A stretch of DNA of 64,000 bases from a virus: UHGV virus genome UHGV-2113617; one strand, written 5' to 3'. Positions within the stretch are counted from its first letter, which is position 1. The number at the start of each line of letters is the position of its first letter. The notes under the pieces were generated by a model, which was not told where the DNA came from, did no database searches, and saw only the letters and a program-made list of their open reading frames with translations. The translations under genes were made by a program, and so were the position numbers. Positions 20,264 through 29,200 of the stretch are shown here, piece by piece.

Positions 20264-20548
20264 ACGGAATGAAATAAAAGCAGCAACTGAAGCAACTAAA
20301 CTGTCTTCAATATAAACTTCAATTTTTACCGGAGCTTCTGACTCAAATTTACCTGTTACTACACCTTGGAAAATGCTTTCAGTCTGTTCTGGCTTTGAAA
20401 AATTTTCAGAAGGAAAAATTCCGAACTTTTTATCTGTTCCAAAAATTTTGATAAATTCATCATAAACTGCTTCATTAAAAGCGTTATCAGCAGGAATAAC
20501 GCCTTCAACTACAAGTTCTTGACCTAAAAAGCGCAAAGAAGATTTCAT
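20258..20548 (-). CDS. hypothetical protein (alt.-3-like position)
   Basis: 96 aa ORF with SD GAGGA 8 nt upstream. Confidence 0.5.
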   Translation of the reverse strand: MKSSLRFLGQELVVEGVIPADNAFNEAVYDEFIKIFGTDKKFGIFPSENFSKPEQTESIFQGVVTGKFESEAPVKIEVYIEDSLVASVAAFISFRK

Positions 20549-20579
20549 TTTGTGTTCCTCATGTTATGTCAGTAAGATT

Positions 20580-20609
20580 ATTATAACACAACACGAGGGA
20601 CTTGTAAAC
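20580..20609 (-). promoter_or_regulatory. early promoter (GTTTAC -35, 18 nt spacer, TATAAT -10)
   Basis: Minus strand GTTTAC(20604-20609)...TATAAT(20580-20585); part of a ~50 bp module repeated at 35143..35195. Confidence 0.55.
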
Positions 20610-22666
20610 TACATCTTGAACTTTTTAGACATTCCGTTGATGTTAACCAAAGAAGCCAAGATTTGAGAAACTTCGTTTTCCTCTTCTTTTGATTCTTCTA
20701 CAAGGAATTGGTTAAATCCAGTCATTGGACGAACTTCACCAGTTTCCATTAGATGGTCGCCATCATATACCGATTCTTCTAATTGTTCAGAAGGAGGAAC
20801 GATTGTGCCTTCGATTAGATACTTGTTATAAGCAGTTTCTTTCATCATGTACGTACTCACTTTATTAATCTTCAGCAAAATTCCACGTGGTAAAATAACT
20901 TCAGCTTCTGATGGAAATCCTGATAAATGACCTGGAACGATAACTTTAATTCGCTCAGCCCCTTTAATTACCATACCTACGCTAGTTTCAGCATCTTCAT
21001 TCGCATAAGCAGAGTGACTGCCCATATGCATCAAATCTTCTGCGTCAACTGAACCTTCTCCTTCACCAGAAAATACTGCACCGGAATCATCTAGAGCCAT
21101 ATAGTTTTTACCATACTCACCGAAGATATTTGGTTTAAGCGATGTAGATACGAAGTTCTTGAAGTAGAACATTTTATTTTCAATATTATGACGTAAAGTT
21201 TTAAAGGTAACTTCTTGCCCACGATAAAGTGTAGTTCCTGGAGGAAGAACTGATCCTTTGGCAAAGGCAGAATCCATTGTCTCGATGTGTTTAATAGCTC
21301 GTTCCATATATTCTTCACGGGTAGAATCCGGTTTACCTAAAAGGAACGAGTTCATTTCAACATATGAATCTGCACAATAATCTTCAATTACATCAGACTC
21401 AGCCTGAGTTAATCCTTTTGGAGTTACTTCAGTACTTGCATATTCATACGCTTGAGAAGCAGACTCATTAATCAATTTATAAACGCCATTCATGACAAAT
21501 TGAACAATAGCTACCTTTTCATCTGGCGTGGCTTTAGAACCTTTAACTAAATCATTGATAATTTTCTTAATAACATCAAAGCTATTAGAAATATTAATGT
21601 CAGCAAGATCACTTAAAATTTTATCAGTTTTATAATCAAAAAATTCTTTATTCTTTAAATATTCTTGAGAACCTTGATATGTTATATCGCTCTGTAACTT
21701 GATAGATGGATCACGTAAACGTGCATGAGCCAATGCAATATGATTTCGGAAGCTTTCTAGTTCATAATCGCTAGATTTAAAACGAGAAGCGCTTCTCATA
21801 CCACCGATAGCTCCTTTGCTGAAGTTTGAACCAACCTGAATAACGCCAGAGTTCATTGGTCCTTCTGCTTTATATACCGGAACTTTAGATTCAAACTCTT
21901 GATATTTCTTAGCAGCGAAGCTATCACCCTGAAGTGAAGCATCGACAGTAGAATATTGAGCTTGTGCTGCTAATCGACGACTAATTTTAGTTTTCTGAAT
22001 AACAGCTTGATCCATACGCTTATCATTTTCTAAAGCGATAGAAGCAGCAACAGCGACAGCTTTAGGAACAGCATTACCTGTTTTAACATCTACATAAACA
22101 TCACCAACCTTTGATTCAACTTTTGTGAATAACTCAGTTGAAATAGGAGGTACACCTGGAATGTCTTCTAAATTGGCATTTTTACGGTAAACCATAATAT
22201 ATGCATATTTCTTATCATAGTCCCAGATTTCCTTTAAAAGAACATATCGACCTGCTCCTTTAGTACGCACTAAACGATCGGCAATAACTTGCATTTGACG
22301 AGCTGCACCGTTTGTTTTACTCTTTAGTACGCGGAATAAGCATGCGTCAATTTTGTACTGTTTCATTGTCTGAAGAGCAGTATCAAAAACCGCATTAATG
22401 ACACCAATTGGATTTCCACCCAAGTTTTTAAGTTTAACTAATGATAGTTTCTCATTAACACCTATCATTACGATATGCATCATTTTATCGCCTGGCTTAA
22501 CGTTTTTATTTGTATCACCGCCAGAGGTGTATGTACAAAATCTAAATCCAGGAAGCACGCTTTCTTCACCGGCTTGAATAGCAAAAATTTGAGGTATTTT
22601 ATGCTTAGGATTTAAGTTAACAACCGGCGCCGAAGCGCCGTCAAATAATTCTGTAATAAGTTCCAT
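20609..22666 (-). CDS. Alt-family ADP-ribosyltransferase paralog (downstream copy)
   Basis: 685 aa; N-terminus near-identical to upstream paralog; R-S-EXE-type motifs (YRGQ, FVSTSL, SEAEVILPRG). Confidence 0.8.
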   Translation of the reverse strand: MELITELFDGASAPVVNLNPKHKIPQIFAIQAGEESVLPGFRFCTYTSGGDTNKNVKPGDKMMHIVMIGVNEKLSLVKLKNLGGNPIGVINAVFDTALQTMKQYKIDACLFRVLKSKTNGAARQMQVIADRLVRTKGAGRYVLLKEIWDYDKKYAYIMVYRKNANLEDIPGVPPISTELFTKVESKVGDVYVDVKTGNAVPKAVAVAASIALENDKRMDQAVIQKTKISRRLAAQAQYSTVDASLQGDSFAAKKYQEFESKVPVYKAEGPMNSGVIQVGSNFSKGAIGGMRSASRFKSSDYELESFRNHIALAHARLRDPSIKLQSDITYQGSQEYLKNKEFFDYKTDKILSDLADINISNSFDVIKKIINDLVKGSKATPDEKVAIVQFVMNGVYKLINESASQAYEYASTEVTPKGLTQAESDVIEDYCADSYVEMNSFLLGKPDSTREEYMERAIKHIETMDSAFAKGSVLPPGTTLYRGQEVTFKTLRHNIENKMFYFKNFVSTSLKPNIFGEYGKNYMALDDSGAVFSGEGEGSVDAEDLMHMGSHSAYANEDAETSVGMVIKGAERIKVIVPGHLSGFPSEAEVILPRGILLKINKVSTYMMKETAYNKYLIEGTIVPPSEQLEESVYDGDHLMETGEVRPMTGFNQFLVEESKEEENEVSQILASLVNINGMSKKFKM

Positions 22667-22669
22667 GAT

Positions 22670-24766
22670 TTATCCTTGAACGAACTTGTAAGGCATGTTT
22701 GTAATATCTATGCAAGACGCAATAATTCCGAGAGATGATTCTACTTTCTGTTTAACATTTGATGAAACAAATGATGCAAAGTCAACTTTGTCTTCTATTT
22801 CAATATCATCTATCATTGCAACTACTTCACCAGTTTCCATTAGACGGTCACCGTCATAAATTACTGATTCGGTGAGTTCTTCCGTAGTCATAACTTCAGC
22901 TTGAATGAGTTTTGTATTATTAGATGTTGTTCCGTCATTATTAGAAGCATCAGTTATTTTATTAACTTTGACCATCAATCCGCGCGGTAGAATAACTTCA
23001 GCTTCTGTTGCTATTCCGAGATTTCCTGGATATACAACATTAACTTTATGAGCTCCATCAATAGCCCATCCTATTTGAACTTTAACGTATTCAGGATTTT
23101 CTTTATACGCTCTTATTTCGTTTGGATTAATAGTTATTCCTTCTTCATTTTTATCAACTGTTAATTCATTACGAGCTTCTGGTTCTAAAAGACCGATACC
23201 AGCATGTGTAATTCCAAAACGCCCAAAAATGATAGGAGTTAAAGAAGTAGATACAAAATTTCTGAAATAGAACACTTTATTTTTAACTAGCGCTTCGTAT
23301 ATAGGAGCAGTCATACTTTGAGCACGATAAACTGTAATGCCTTCTGGTATACGGTCACCATTTTCAAAAGCTGAATCTAAATTATTTATCGCAGATTCAA
23401 TTTCTTTTTCACTCATTACATCATATCGTTCTGGATTGTAGCGGCCTAAAAGAAGATTATTGATGTCAGTATATCCTGATCCACAATATTCTCTAATGCC
23501 GCGCTTTTGTGATGGAGTATATTTAGAACCATCACGGGCAATAGTAATATCAATCATTGGACCTGCACCAATTCCAGAAAAACTATAAATCATTCGTTTG
23601 AGGAATTTAGTTTTTGCTGCGTTCCAGGAATTTTTAGTTATTTCTTCCCAGACTTCATCTGGCTGCCCTTTACGAGTTTTATTATGTCTATCAAGCCAAT
23701 TATCTTTATATTCTTCAAAGAATTTATTAACAGCTGCTGCGTATTTCTCTAAACATTTTATTGAAGTAGTTGGTTCATTTTTAATCGCATTAAGAATTAC
23801 ATCTTTAATTTTTTCAGAAACTTCATTAACCTCACTTTTTGAAAAGAATTTATAGTCATAGTGAAGTTCATCTGCGGTTCCTTCAGCAATAATTTTTGCT
23901 GCCTTAGTTTTAGAAGCTAATGAATTAATTCCAAGCTTCATTTCTTCTGCTTCTGGAATTAAAGGAGCAGTAGCAGGTTTATTGAAATTAGCTGCAGTAG
24001 ATTCATACTTCTGGAATAATTCGCTTTCAAATCTAGAAGATTCTAATGATTGACTTTGCGCAATTGCTCTACGGGAAATTTTAACTTTAACGATTACAGC
24101 TTGGTCAGAACGTTTATCATTTTCTTGCGCAATAGATGCTGCAATCGCCTCATTTTTAGTTACTTGAGCTCCGGTATCTTTATTGATATAAACATCGCCG
24201 ACTTTCGATTCAACTTTAGTAAAGAGCTCGGTACTAATTTCCGGAACTCCTGGAATGTCTTCTAGTGATACATTTTTGCGATGTATAAGAATATATGCAT
24301 ACTTTTTATCATAATCCCAGAGTTCCTTAAGAAGGACGTATCTGCCACCTGAACGACTACGGATAAGTCTATCAGCAATAACTTGAATTTGTCGAGCTTG
24401 ACCGGCAGTTTTAGACTTAAGAATACGAAGCATACAAGCATCAATTTTATACTGACGCATTGTTTGCATTGCAACAGTAAAAACCGAATTGATATAATTA
24501 ATTGGGCTTGGACCAAGACCTTTCAATTTAGCAATTGAACCTTTAGCGGTTAATGTAAAAGGAACAATATGCATCATTTTATCGCCCATCTTTAAATCAC
24601 GATTAGTATCACCTCCAGATGTATAAGTACATAAACGAAAGCCTGGTTGTTCAATTGCATCATCAACATGAACTGAAAAAATTTGCGGTATTTTCTTCTT
24701 TGGATTTAAGTTTGTAATCGGAAGAGTAGTATCTTCGTCAAATAATTCTGTAATTAGTTCCATCAT
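22670..24766 (-). CDS. alt: Alt ADP-ribosyltransferase (packaged, late-expressed)
   Basis: 698 aa; ART motifs (YRAQ, FVSTSL, TEAEVILPRG); late promoter TATAAATA just upstream. Confidence 0.8.
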   Translation of the reverse strand: MMELITELFDEDTTLPITNLNPKKKIPQIFSVHVDDAIEQPGFRLCTYTSGGDTNRDLKMGDKMMHIVPFTLTAKGSIAKLKGLGPSPINYINSVFTVAMQTMRQYKIDACMLRILKSKTAGQARQIQVIADRLIRSRSGGRYVLLKELWDYDKKYAYILIHRKNVSLEDIPGVPEISTELFTKVESKVGDVYINKDTGAQVTKNEAIAASIAQENDKRSDQAVIVKVKISRRAIAQSQSLESSRFESELFQKYESTAANFNKPATAPLIPEAEEMKLGINSLASKTKAAKIIAEGTADELHYDYKFFSKSEVNEVSEKIKDVILNAIKNEPTTSIKCLEKYAAAVNKFFEEYKDNWLDRHNKTRKGQPDEVWEEITKNSWNAAKTKFLKRMIYSFSGIGAGPMIDITIARDGSKYTPSQKRGIREYCGSGYTDINNLLLGRYNPERYDVMSEKEIESAINNLDSAFENGDRIPEGITVYRAQSMTAPIYEALVKNKVFYFRNFVSTSLTPIIFGRFGITHAGIGLLEPEARNELTVDKNEEGITINPNEIRAYKENPEYVKVQIGWAIDGAHKVNVVYPGNLGIATEAEVILPRGLMVKVNKITDASNNDGTTSNNTKLIQAEVMTTEELTESVIYDGDRLMETGEVVAMIDDIEIEDKVDFASFVSSNVKQKVESSLGIIASCIDITNMPYKFVQG

Positions 24767-24786
24767 ATCCTCTCTAGTGTTTATTC

Positions 24787-24794
24787 TATTTATA
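24787..24794 (-). promoter_or_regulatory. late promoter (TATAAATA) for alt
   Basis: TATAAATA on minus strand about 20 nt upstream of the alt ATG. Confidence 0.65.
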
Positions 24795-24800
24795 AAATTA

Positions 24801-24816
24801 AAGGCCCGAAGGCCTT
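24801..24816 (-). terminator. GC hairpin between gene 30 cluster and alt
   Basis: AAGGCC-CGAA-GGCCTT hairpin followed on minus strand by T-rich TAATTTTATAAATA. Confidence 0.4.
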
Positions 24817-25004
24817 TAGTAATCTAGTGGTAAGAGAGTACGATATATTTCAAACTTTGGTCCTTTTTCATAGGCATCAAATGTTTCTGTAAATTTATTA
24901 TAAGCATATGCATCTACAAATTCGAGAATGACTTGTGATACAGAAGTAGAAACATCTCCACCTTCTTTTTGAGCTACGACAATTGTTTCTAAGTAAGCTT
25001 TCAT
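24816..25004 (-). CDS. hypothetical small protein
   Basis: 62 aa ORF, start overlaps ligase stop. Confidence 0.45.
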   Translation of the reverse strand: MKAYLETIVVAQKEGGDVSTSVSQVILEFVDAYAYNKFTETFDAYEKGPKFEIYRTLLPLDY

Positions 25005-26461
25005 AGATCAGTTACCTCATGAAAATCACCAAATACATCCTCGAATGTATTAGCTTTAGTTTTATCTTCACGTAAACGAATCGCAATCGGAAGAAATAAT
25101 TTAACGTAATCAGTGCGGCCATCAGATTTTAACCAACCGTTGCATTCGCACTCTAGAATTTTTCCAATATAATAATTTTGGTTTTCCATAATGCGAGTAC
25201 GGTCAAGTTCATGCGATTTTACACCGGCTTTATCTTTTAAGCCTGAACCAGCATTTACTTTAATTTTTCCACACTCTGATTCAAGAATAAATCCACCTGC
25301 TTTAGTAGGGTCTTTACGGTGAGGATAAATTCCTACAATTTTTAAATCAACATCAATTACTTCTTTAAATTTATAAAGATTTTTTGAACGAGCATTTTCC
25401 CACAATCCATCGGTATTTTTGAGAATAATACCTTCAAGACCTTGGTCAATATATTTTTTATAAATTACCTTAGCTTCATCTAGGTTATTTACTACTTGGT
25501 TTTCAATTAAAATTACTTTATCATATCCTGATGTCATTTGTTCTAGTTTAGAAAAACGTACATCATATTTTAAACGAAACGCCGGAAGACCGTATATTTC
25601 TACCAACGGAACATAATCCCAGACCTGAAACTTCATACATTGGGCTTCTTTTTCTGAAATAGTTCCCTTTAAAGATTTATTAGCGATTCCATTAGAAGCA
25701 GTACGAGATTCAGCTACTTCGGCAAACTCTTTAGCTTTACTGATTTCAGAAGCATCAAAAAGAAAATCTAGGCCTTCTGGTTCCTTTTTAACTTGCTCAT
25801 GGTATACCAATTCGCCATCGATTAACACGCCTTCTGGATGAATCTGGCGGGCTTCAGCAGTCATTTTGATTAACTCTTCCTTAAGAAGATCTAATCCTAG
25901 GTATTCATTGCCAGCTCGCGATAAAAGACGAACATCATCTAATTCATCACCTCGGACTTCAGCAAAACACCGAGCTCCATCTGCTTTTAACTGCGCAAAA
26001 GCTGGAAATTTGATATTCTTACTAATGCCTTTTTCATCATAAGAACTTGCAAGCATTTGAGGTTGTTCAGGAATTAAACCTGGCCAAACTTTGTTTGCAA
26101 TAGATACTGAAGCACCGCATTCAAGGTCTCGCATCATAACTCGACGTAGTACTTCAACATCATCCTTTTTACCATCGGTGATATATCCAGTTAATTCCTC
26201 AATTGCTGCATTTCCAGTCAATTTCCGAGTAGCTAACGTAAATTCAATAAAGTCAAGCATATCGGTAATGGTCAGCATTCCAAAACTCTGGGTAGCAATA
26301 CCAGGTTTAGGCCATTTCTTGATATAATACTGTAACCCACGAGAATAAGTCAGACGATATACTCGTTTAAGCAATTCATTATCTTTATTCTTTTCAAGAA
26401 TTGCTTGCTTCTGCTTAGTTGATCCAATAGATGCTATTTCATTCAGAATTTTAAGAATCAT
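25001..26461 (-). CDS. 30: ATP-dependent DNA ligase gp30
   Basis: 486 aa; adenylation motif KADGARC; length and position as T4 ligase. Confidence 0.9.
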   Translation of the reverse strand: MILKILNEIASIGSTKQKQAILEKNKDNELLKRVYRLTYSRGLQYYIKKWPKPGIATQSFGMLTITDMLDFIEFTLATRKLTGNAAIEELTGYITDGKKDDVEVLRRVMMRDLECGASVSIANKVWPGLIPEQPQMLASSYDEKGISKNIKFPAFAQLKADGARCFAEVRGDELDDVRLLSRAGNEYLGLDLLKEELIKMTAEARQIHPEGVLIDGELVYHEQVKKEPEGLDFLFDASEISKAKEFAEVAESRTASNGIANKSLKGTISEKEAQCMKFQVWDYVPLVEIYGLPAFRLKYDVRFSKLEQMTSGYDKVILIENQVVNNLDEAKVIYKKYIDQGLEGIILKNTDGLWENARSKNLYKFKEVIDVDLKIVGIYPHRKDPTKAGGFILESECGKIKVNAGSGLKDKAGVKSHELDRTRIMENQNYYIGKILECECNGWLKSDGRTDYVKLFLPIAIRLREDKTKANTFEDVFGDFHEVTDL

Positions 26462-26727
26462 TGTTCATCCTTCAGAGTTTGATTTACATTTCTATTATAA
26501 ATCAATTCATCATTAAGCTCAGGCAAAGACTTATGATATGTAGTTCTAACTTTATTTCCTTGCATCCAGTGCTTGACGTAAATGAAACCTTGCTCTACAC
26601 ATTTTTTAAAAATTCGTTCATCCTTTTGAGCACGGAACTCTGGATTACATCTAAAAAATTGATTTACGTGACCGTAATCACGTGTAGTATTACCTTCATT
26701 TTCATAAATAGTGTGAACAACAAACAT
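26458..26727 (-). CDS. hypothetical protein (30.1-like)
   Basis: 89 aa ORF translationally coupled to neighbours. Confidence 0.5.
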   Translation of the reverse strand: MFVVHTIYENEGNTTRDYGHVNQFFRCNPEFRAQKDERIFKKCVEQGFIYVKHWMQGNKVRTTYHKSLPELNDELIYNRNVNQTLKDEQ

Positions 26728-27590
26728 TAGAATGCTCCTTGGAAAATATTATCACCACTAGTAAGTCTATTAAAATACCCTGCGTCGCCAGGCTTAGTAT
26801 AACTCCACGTATGGAATGGATTCATATGATACGGGTGTGTATAATATGGATTATATGGATGCGTATAATATGGATTATAAGGATTAAATCCAGGAGTTCT
26901 CCAGGTTGTATTCCAACGAAAAGAATCGTTTTTAACCATCTTCTCAATCACATCTTTTATAGCTTTTTCACTATCAAAACTTTCTTTATTTTCCTTCGGT
27001 GAAAAAAGCTTATTTTCTACATCATTCCATGTATAAACTCGCTGAGCAGTTTTTGGAATATTATCACGCTCCCCTCGAGCCATCCAATAAACAGGAACAT
27101 TTAATATTTCACTCGCATGATCGCAGTGATGAGCGAGATCGTCAATATAACAAATTACGTTATATTTCTCTTTTGCCTTTTTGAACAGCTCTTCTTTTGA
27201 AGAATCATGACCACACATCATTACTTCTGAGAAGGCACTAGGAAAAAGAGCATTCAAATTAAACTGACGATTCAACAGAGCGTCAATAGAATCACCCAAT
27301 GCTGTAACAGCTACAAAATTATAATCTTCTTTTAATTTGTTAATTACACACAGGGCATCTTTATACGGAGACAAGTAACGAATAAAATCTGAACGATTGT
27401 ATTTTTCAATTAACTTGACGCCAAGTTCTTCATCACAATTAAAGAGTTTACCTGGAGAAATAAATTTCTCATCTTGGATCATTTTTAAAATATGTTCTAA
27501 CGGAAGATTATATTTCTGAGCAAAATAAGGAAGGCCTGATTGCCAGCTTAAACATACTCCATCAATATCAGTTAAAATAGTAGGCTTCAT
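26727..27590 (-). CDS. HAD-superfamily phosphatase (5'-nucleotidase-like) with C-terminal Tyr/Pro-rich repeat
   Basis: 287 aa; N-terminal DIDGV motif typical of HAD/5'(3')-deoxyribonucleotidase; C-terminal YNPYYTHPYNPYYTHPY. Confidence 0.6.
   Translation of the reverse strand: MKPTILTDIDGVCLSWQSGLPYFAQKYNLPLEHILKMIQDEKFISPGKLFNCDEELGVKLIEKYNRSDFIRYLSPYKDALCVINKLKEDYNFVAVTALGDSIDALLNRQFNLNALFPSAFSEVMMCGHDSSKEELFKKAKEKYNVICYIDDLAHHCDHASEILNVPVYWMARGERDNIPKTAQRVYTWNDVENKLFSPKENKESFDSEKAIKDVIEKMVKNDSFRWNTTWRTPGFNPYNPYYTHPYNPYYTHPYHMNPFHTWSYTKPGDAGYFNRLTSGDNIFQGAF
26834..26885 (-). repeat. short tandem repeat (~24 nt x2) encoding YNPYYTHP
   Basis: gtataatatggattata... repeated in the DNA. Confidence 0.6.
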
Positions 27591-28045
27591 AGAGAGTCTC
27601 TTAATAGGTTTAACACATCAATAAATTCAGCTTCGGTTAGTATTGTATCATCTTTTGTTAGACCACTAGCCATGCTGTGCTTCAAAACTTTTCCTTTCGA
27701 GGCTTGTAATGCATCACGAAAGCCCTTGTTTTGGATTGCTGCTTCAAAATATGCATTTGTGTATAATTCTTTCCACGCTGGAGAGTATCTTGAAAACGGA
27801 ACTCCAAGCCAGAAGAGGGTTCCACGGTCCTGAGCTCTTGCATAAGCTCGTCCAGCTTGTTGGGCGGAAAGCCCGGATAACCCAAATATACGACGTTGTT
27901 GTTCAACATTTTTCACCTTACACCCTTGGAGAAATCCTTCGAGACCTCCAAATTGGATACCATCCATAACGAAAGGCCATTGGGCGAAATTGCTTAATGC
28001 GCATGATGGCCATCTAAAATTGCTTCTAATCTCTAACTCAGACAT
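27587..28045 (-). CDS. NADAR (YbiA/DUF1768)-like protein
   Basis: 152 aa; segment LSNFAQWPFVMDGIQFGGLEGFLQGCK resembles the YbiA core FSNFAAWPIKVDGKTWPTSEHYFQAQKF. Confidence 0.55.
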   Translation of the reverse strand: MSELEIRSNFRWPSCALSNFAQWPFVMDGIQFGGLEGFLQGCKVKNVEQQRRIFGLSGLSAQQAGRAYARAQDRGTLFWLGVPFSRYSPAWKELYTNAYFEAAIQNKGFRDALQASKGKVLKHSMASGLTKDDTILTEAEFIDVLNLLRDSL

Positions 28046-28049
28046 TTTA

Positions 28050-28337
28050 TTAAAATCTCATCTGAAACCCGTGTGATTTAACATTACCGCCGCCAATATC
28101 AGAAATGTTAATTTCACGCGCAATTGAAGGGTCAATGTCAATTTCACGATTGAGTTTAGTGATAGCTAAAGTATCACGGCCATTTACAGTACGGAACTCT
28201 AAAGGGCAGACTACATTAACGTAGTTTTTAATCGATTCACTGGTAGGCTGCAAATGAGCAGGAAGGTCTTTAGGCGCCTTAGAGAAAACCACTTCACAGA
28301 AATTTTTACGGGTATCAAAATAAGTAGTCATAAACAT
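28050..28337 (-). CDS. hypothetical protein
   Basis: 95 aa ORF with SD GAGGA upstream. Confidence 0.5.
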   Translation of the reverse strand: MFMTTYFDTRKNFCEVVFSKAPKDLPAHLQPTSESIKNYVNVVCPLEFRTVNGRDTLAITKLNREIDIDPSIAREINISDIGGGNVKSHGFQMRF

Positions 28338-28353
28338 AGTATTTTCCTCAGTA

Positions 28354-28380
28354 AGGGGCCGAAGCCCCTATTTTATTTTA
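28354..28380 (+). terminator. GC hairpin with T-run on the plus strand inside a minus-strand gene cluster
   Basis: AGGGGC-CGAA-GCCCCT followed by ATTTTATTTTA on plus strand; on minus strand the same hairpin is followed by an RBS, not a U-run. Confidence 0.4.
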
Positions 28381-28755
28381 AATATCAAATTCGTTAAGAA
28401 CTACATCAAAGATTGCTTCAAGATGCTCAGGTTTAGCTCTGTTACTCAGAATATGACGAATCCAAGTTTTAACCAGAAGCTTGCGATTAACGCCATTCCA
28501 GCAAGGATGAGTACCTAAATCGCGTTGACGGAAATCATCATCTAATGCGATTTTAAAAGAAGAACCTTCTTTCGTGATTGAAACCGTGATGCCATTTTCA
28601 AATCGCATATAAACGTAGTTAGGAGTCATATACTGTTCAATTTCGCATACTGATCCATTTTGATGTTTCCAAAGGCAAATAGTATCAATAGAACCTGCAA
28701 TACCGTTAGAAACATATTTACGTTCAAAGTTGATGTAGTTCATTTTATTCTCCAA
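28378..28755 (-). CDS. hypothetical protein
   Basis: 125 aa ORF. Confidence 0.55.
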   Translation of the reverse strand: MENKMNYINFERKYVSNGIAGSIDTICLWKHQNGSVCEIEQYMTPNYVYMRFENGITVSITKEGSSFKIALDDDFRQRDLGTHPCWNGVNRKLLVKTWIRHILSNRAKPEHLEAIFDVVLNEFDI

Positions 28756-28768
28756 GATGTTTAATTGC

Positions 28769-28808
28769 GGTACAGGTATATAATATCATATCCTGTACCA
28801 AAGTAAAC
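28769..28808 (-). promoter_or_regulatory. early promoter with inverted repeat bracketing the -10
   Basis: Minus strand GTTTAC(28803-28808), -10 TATTAT; inverted repeat GGTACAGG/CCTGTACC (28769-28776 / 28792-28799). Confidence 0.45.
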
Positions 28809-28810
28809 AA

Positions 28811-29143
28811 TTATTTTACTACTTTCCAATGCTGCATGTCAAGTTTACCAACTTTTTTCATCTTCTCAATTAAGCGTTCGGCACGTTGGCGAGCTGTAAC
28901 ATAATACCATTCACCTAATTCATTTTGTTCAATTTTTCCAACGATTACTGTATTCAATTCATAAATCCAACCAGTAAAGAAATTATGAACTTGAATTGTA
29001 AAGGTGAAATCTGTTCCCATACCTTCTGTTGTTTCTACTTCAATAATATCACCTTCAACTGCCATTAAGAACCACATAGTTTCATCATATTTACCGTTGA
29101 AGCATTTAGTTTTAACTGCAGCGTTCAGATTAATCGTTTTCAT
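28811..29143 (-). CDS. hypothetical protein
   Basis: 110 aa ORF with SD AAGGAG. Confidence 0.55.
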   Translation of the reverse strand: MKTINLNAAVKTKCFNGKYDETMWFLMAVEGDIIEVETTEGMGTDFTFTIQVHNFFTGWIYELNTVIVGKIEQNELGEWYYVTARQRAERLIEKMKKVGKLDMQHWKVVK

Positions 29144-29165
29144 TTTATTCTCCTTTGTTTGTGTA

Positions 29166-29200
29166 AGATAATACTATCACAAAGGAACCGTACTGTAAAC
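29166..29200 (-). promoter_or_regulatory. candidate early promoter
   Basis: Minus strand GTTTAC (29195-29200), 18 nt, TAGTAT. Confidence 0.35.
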
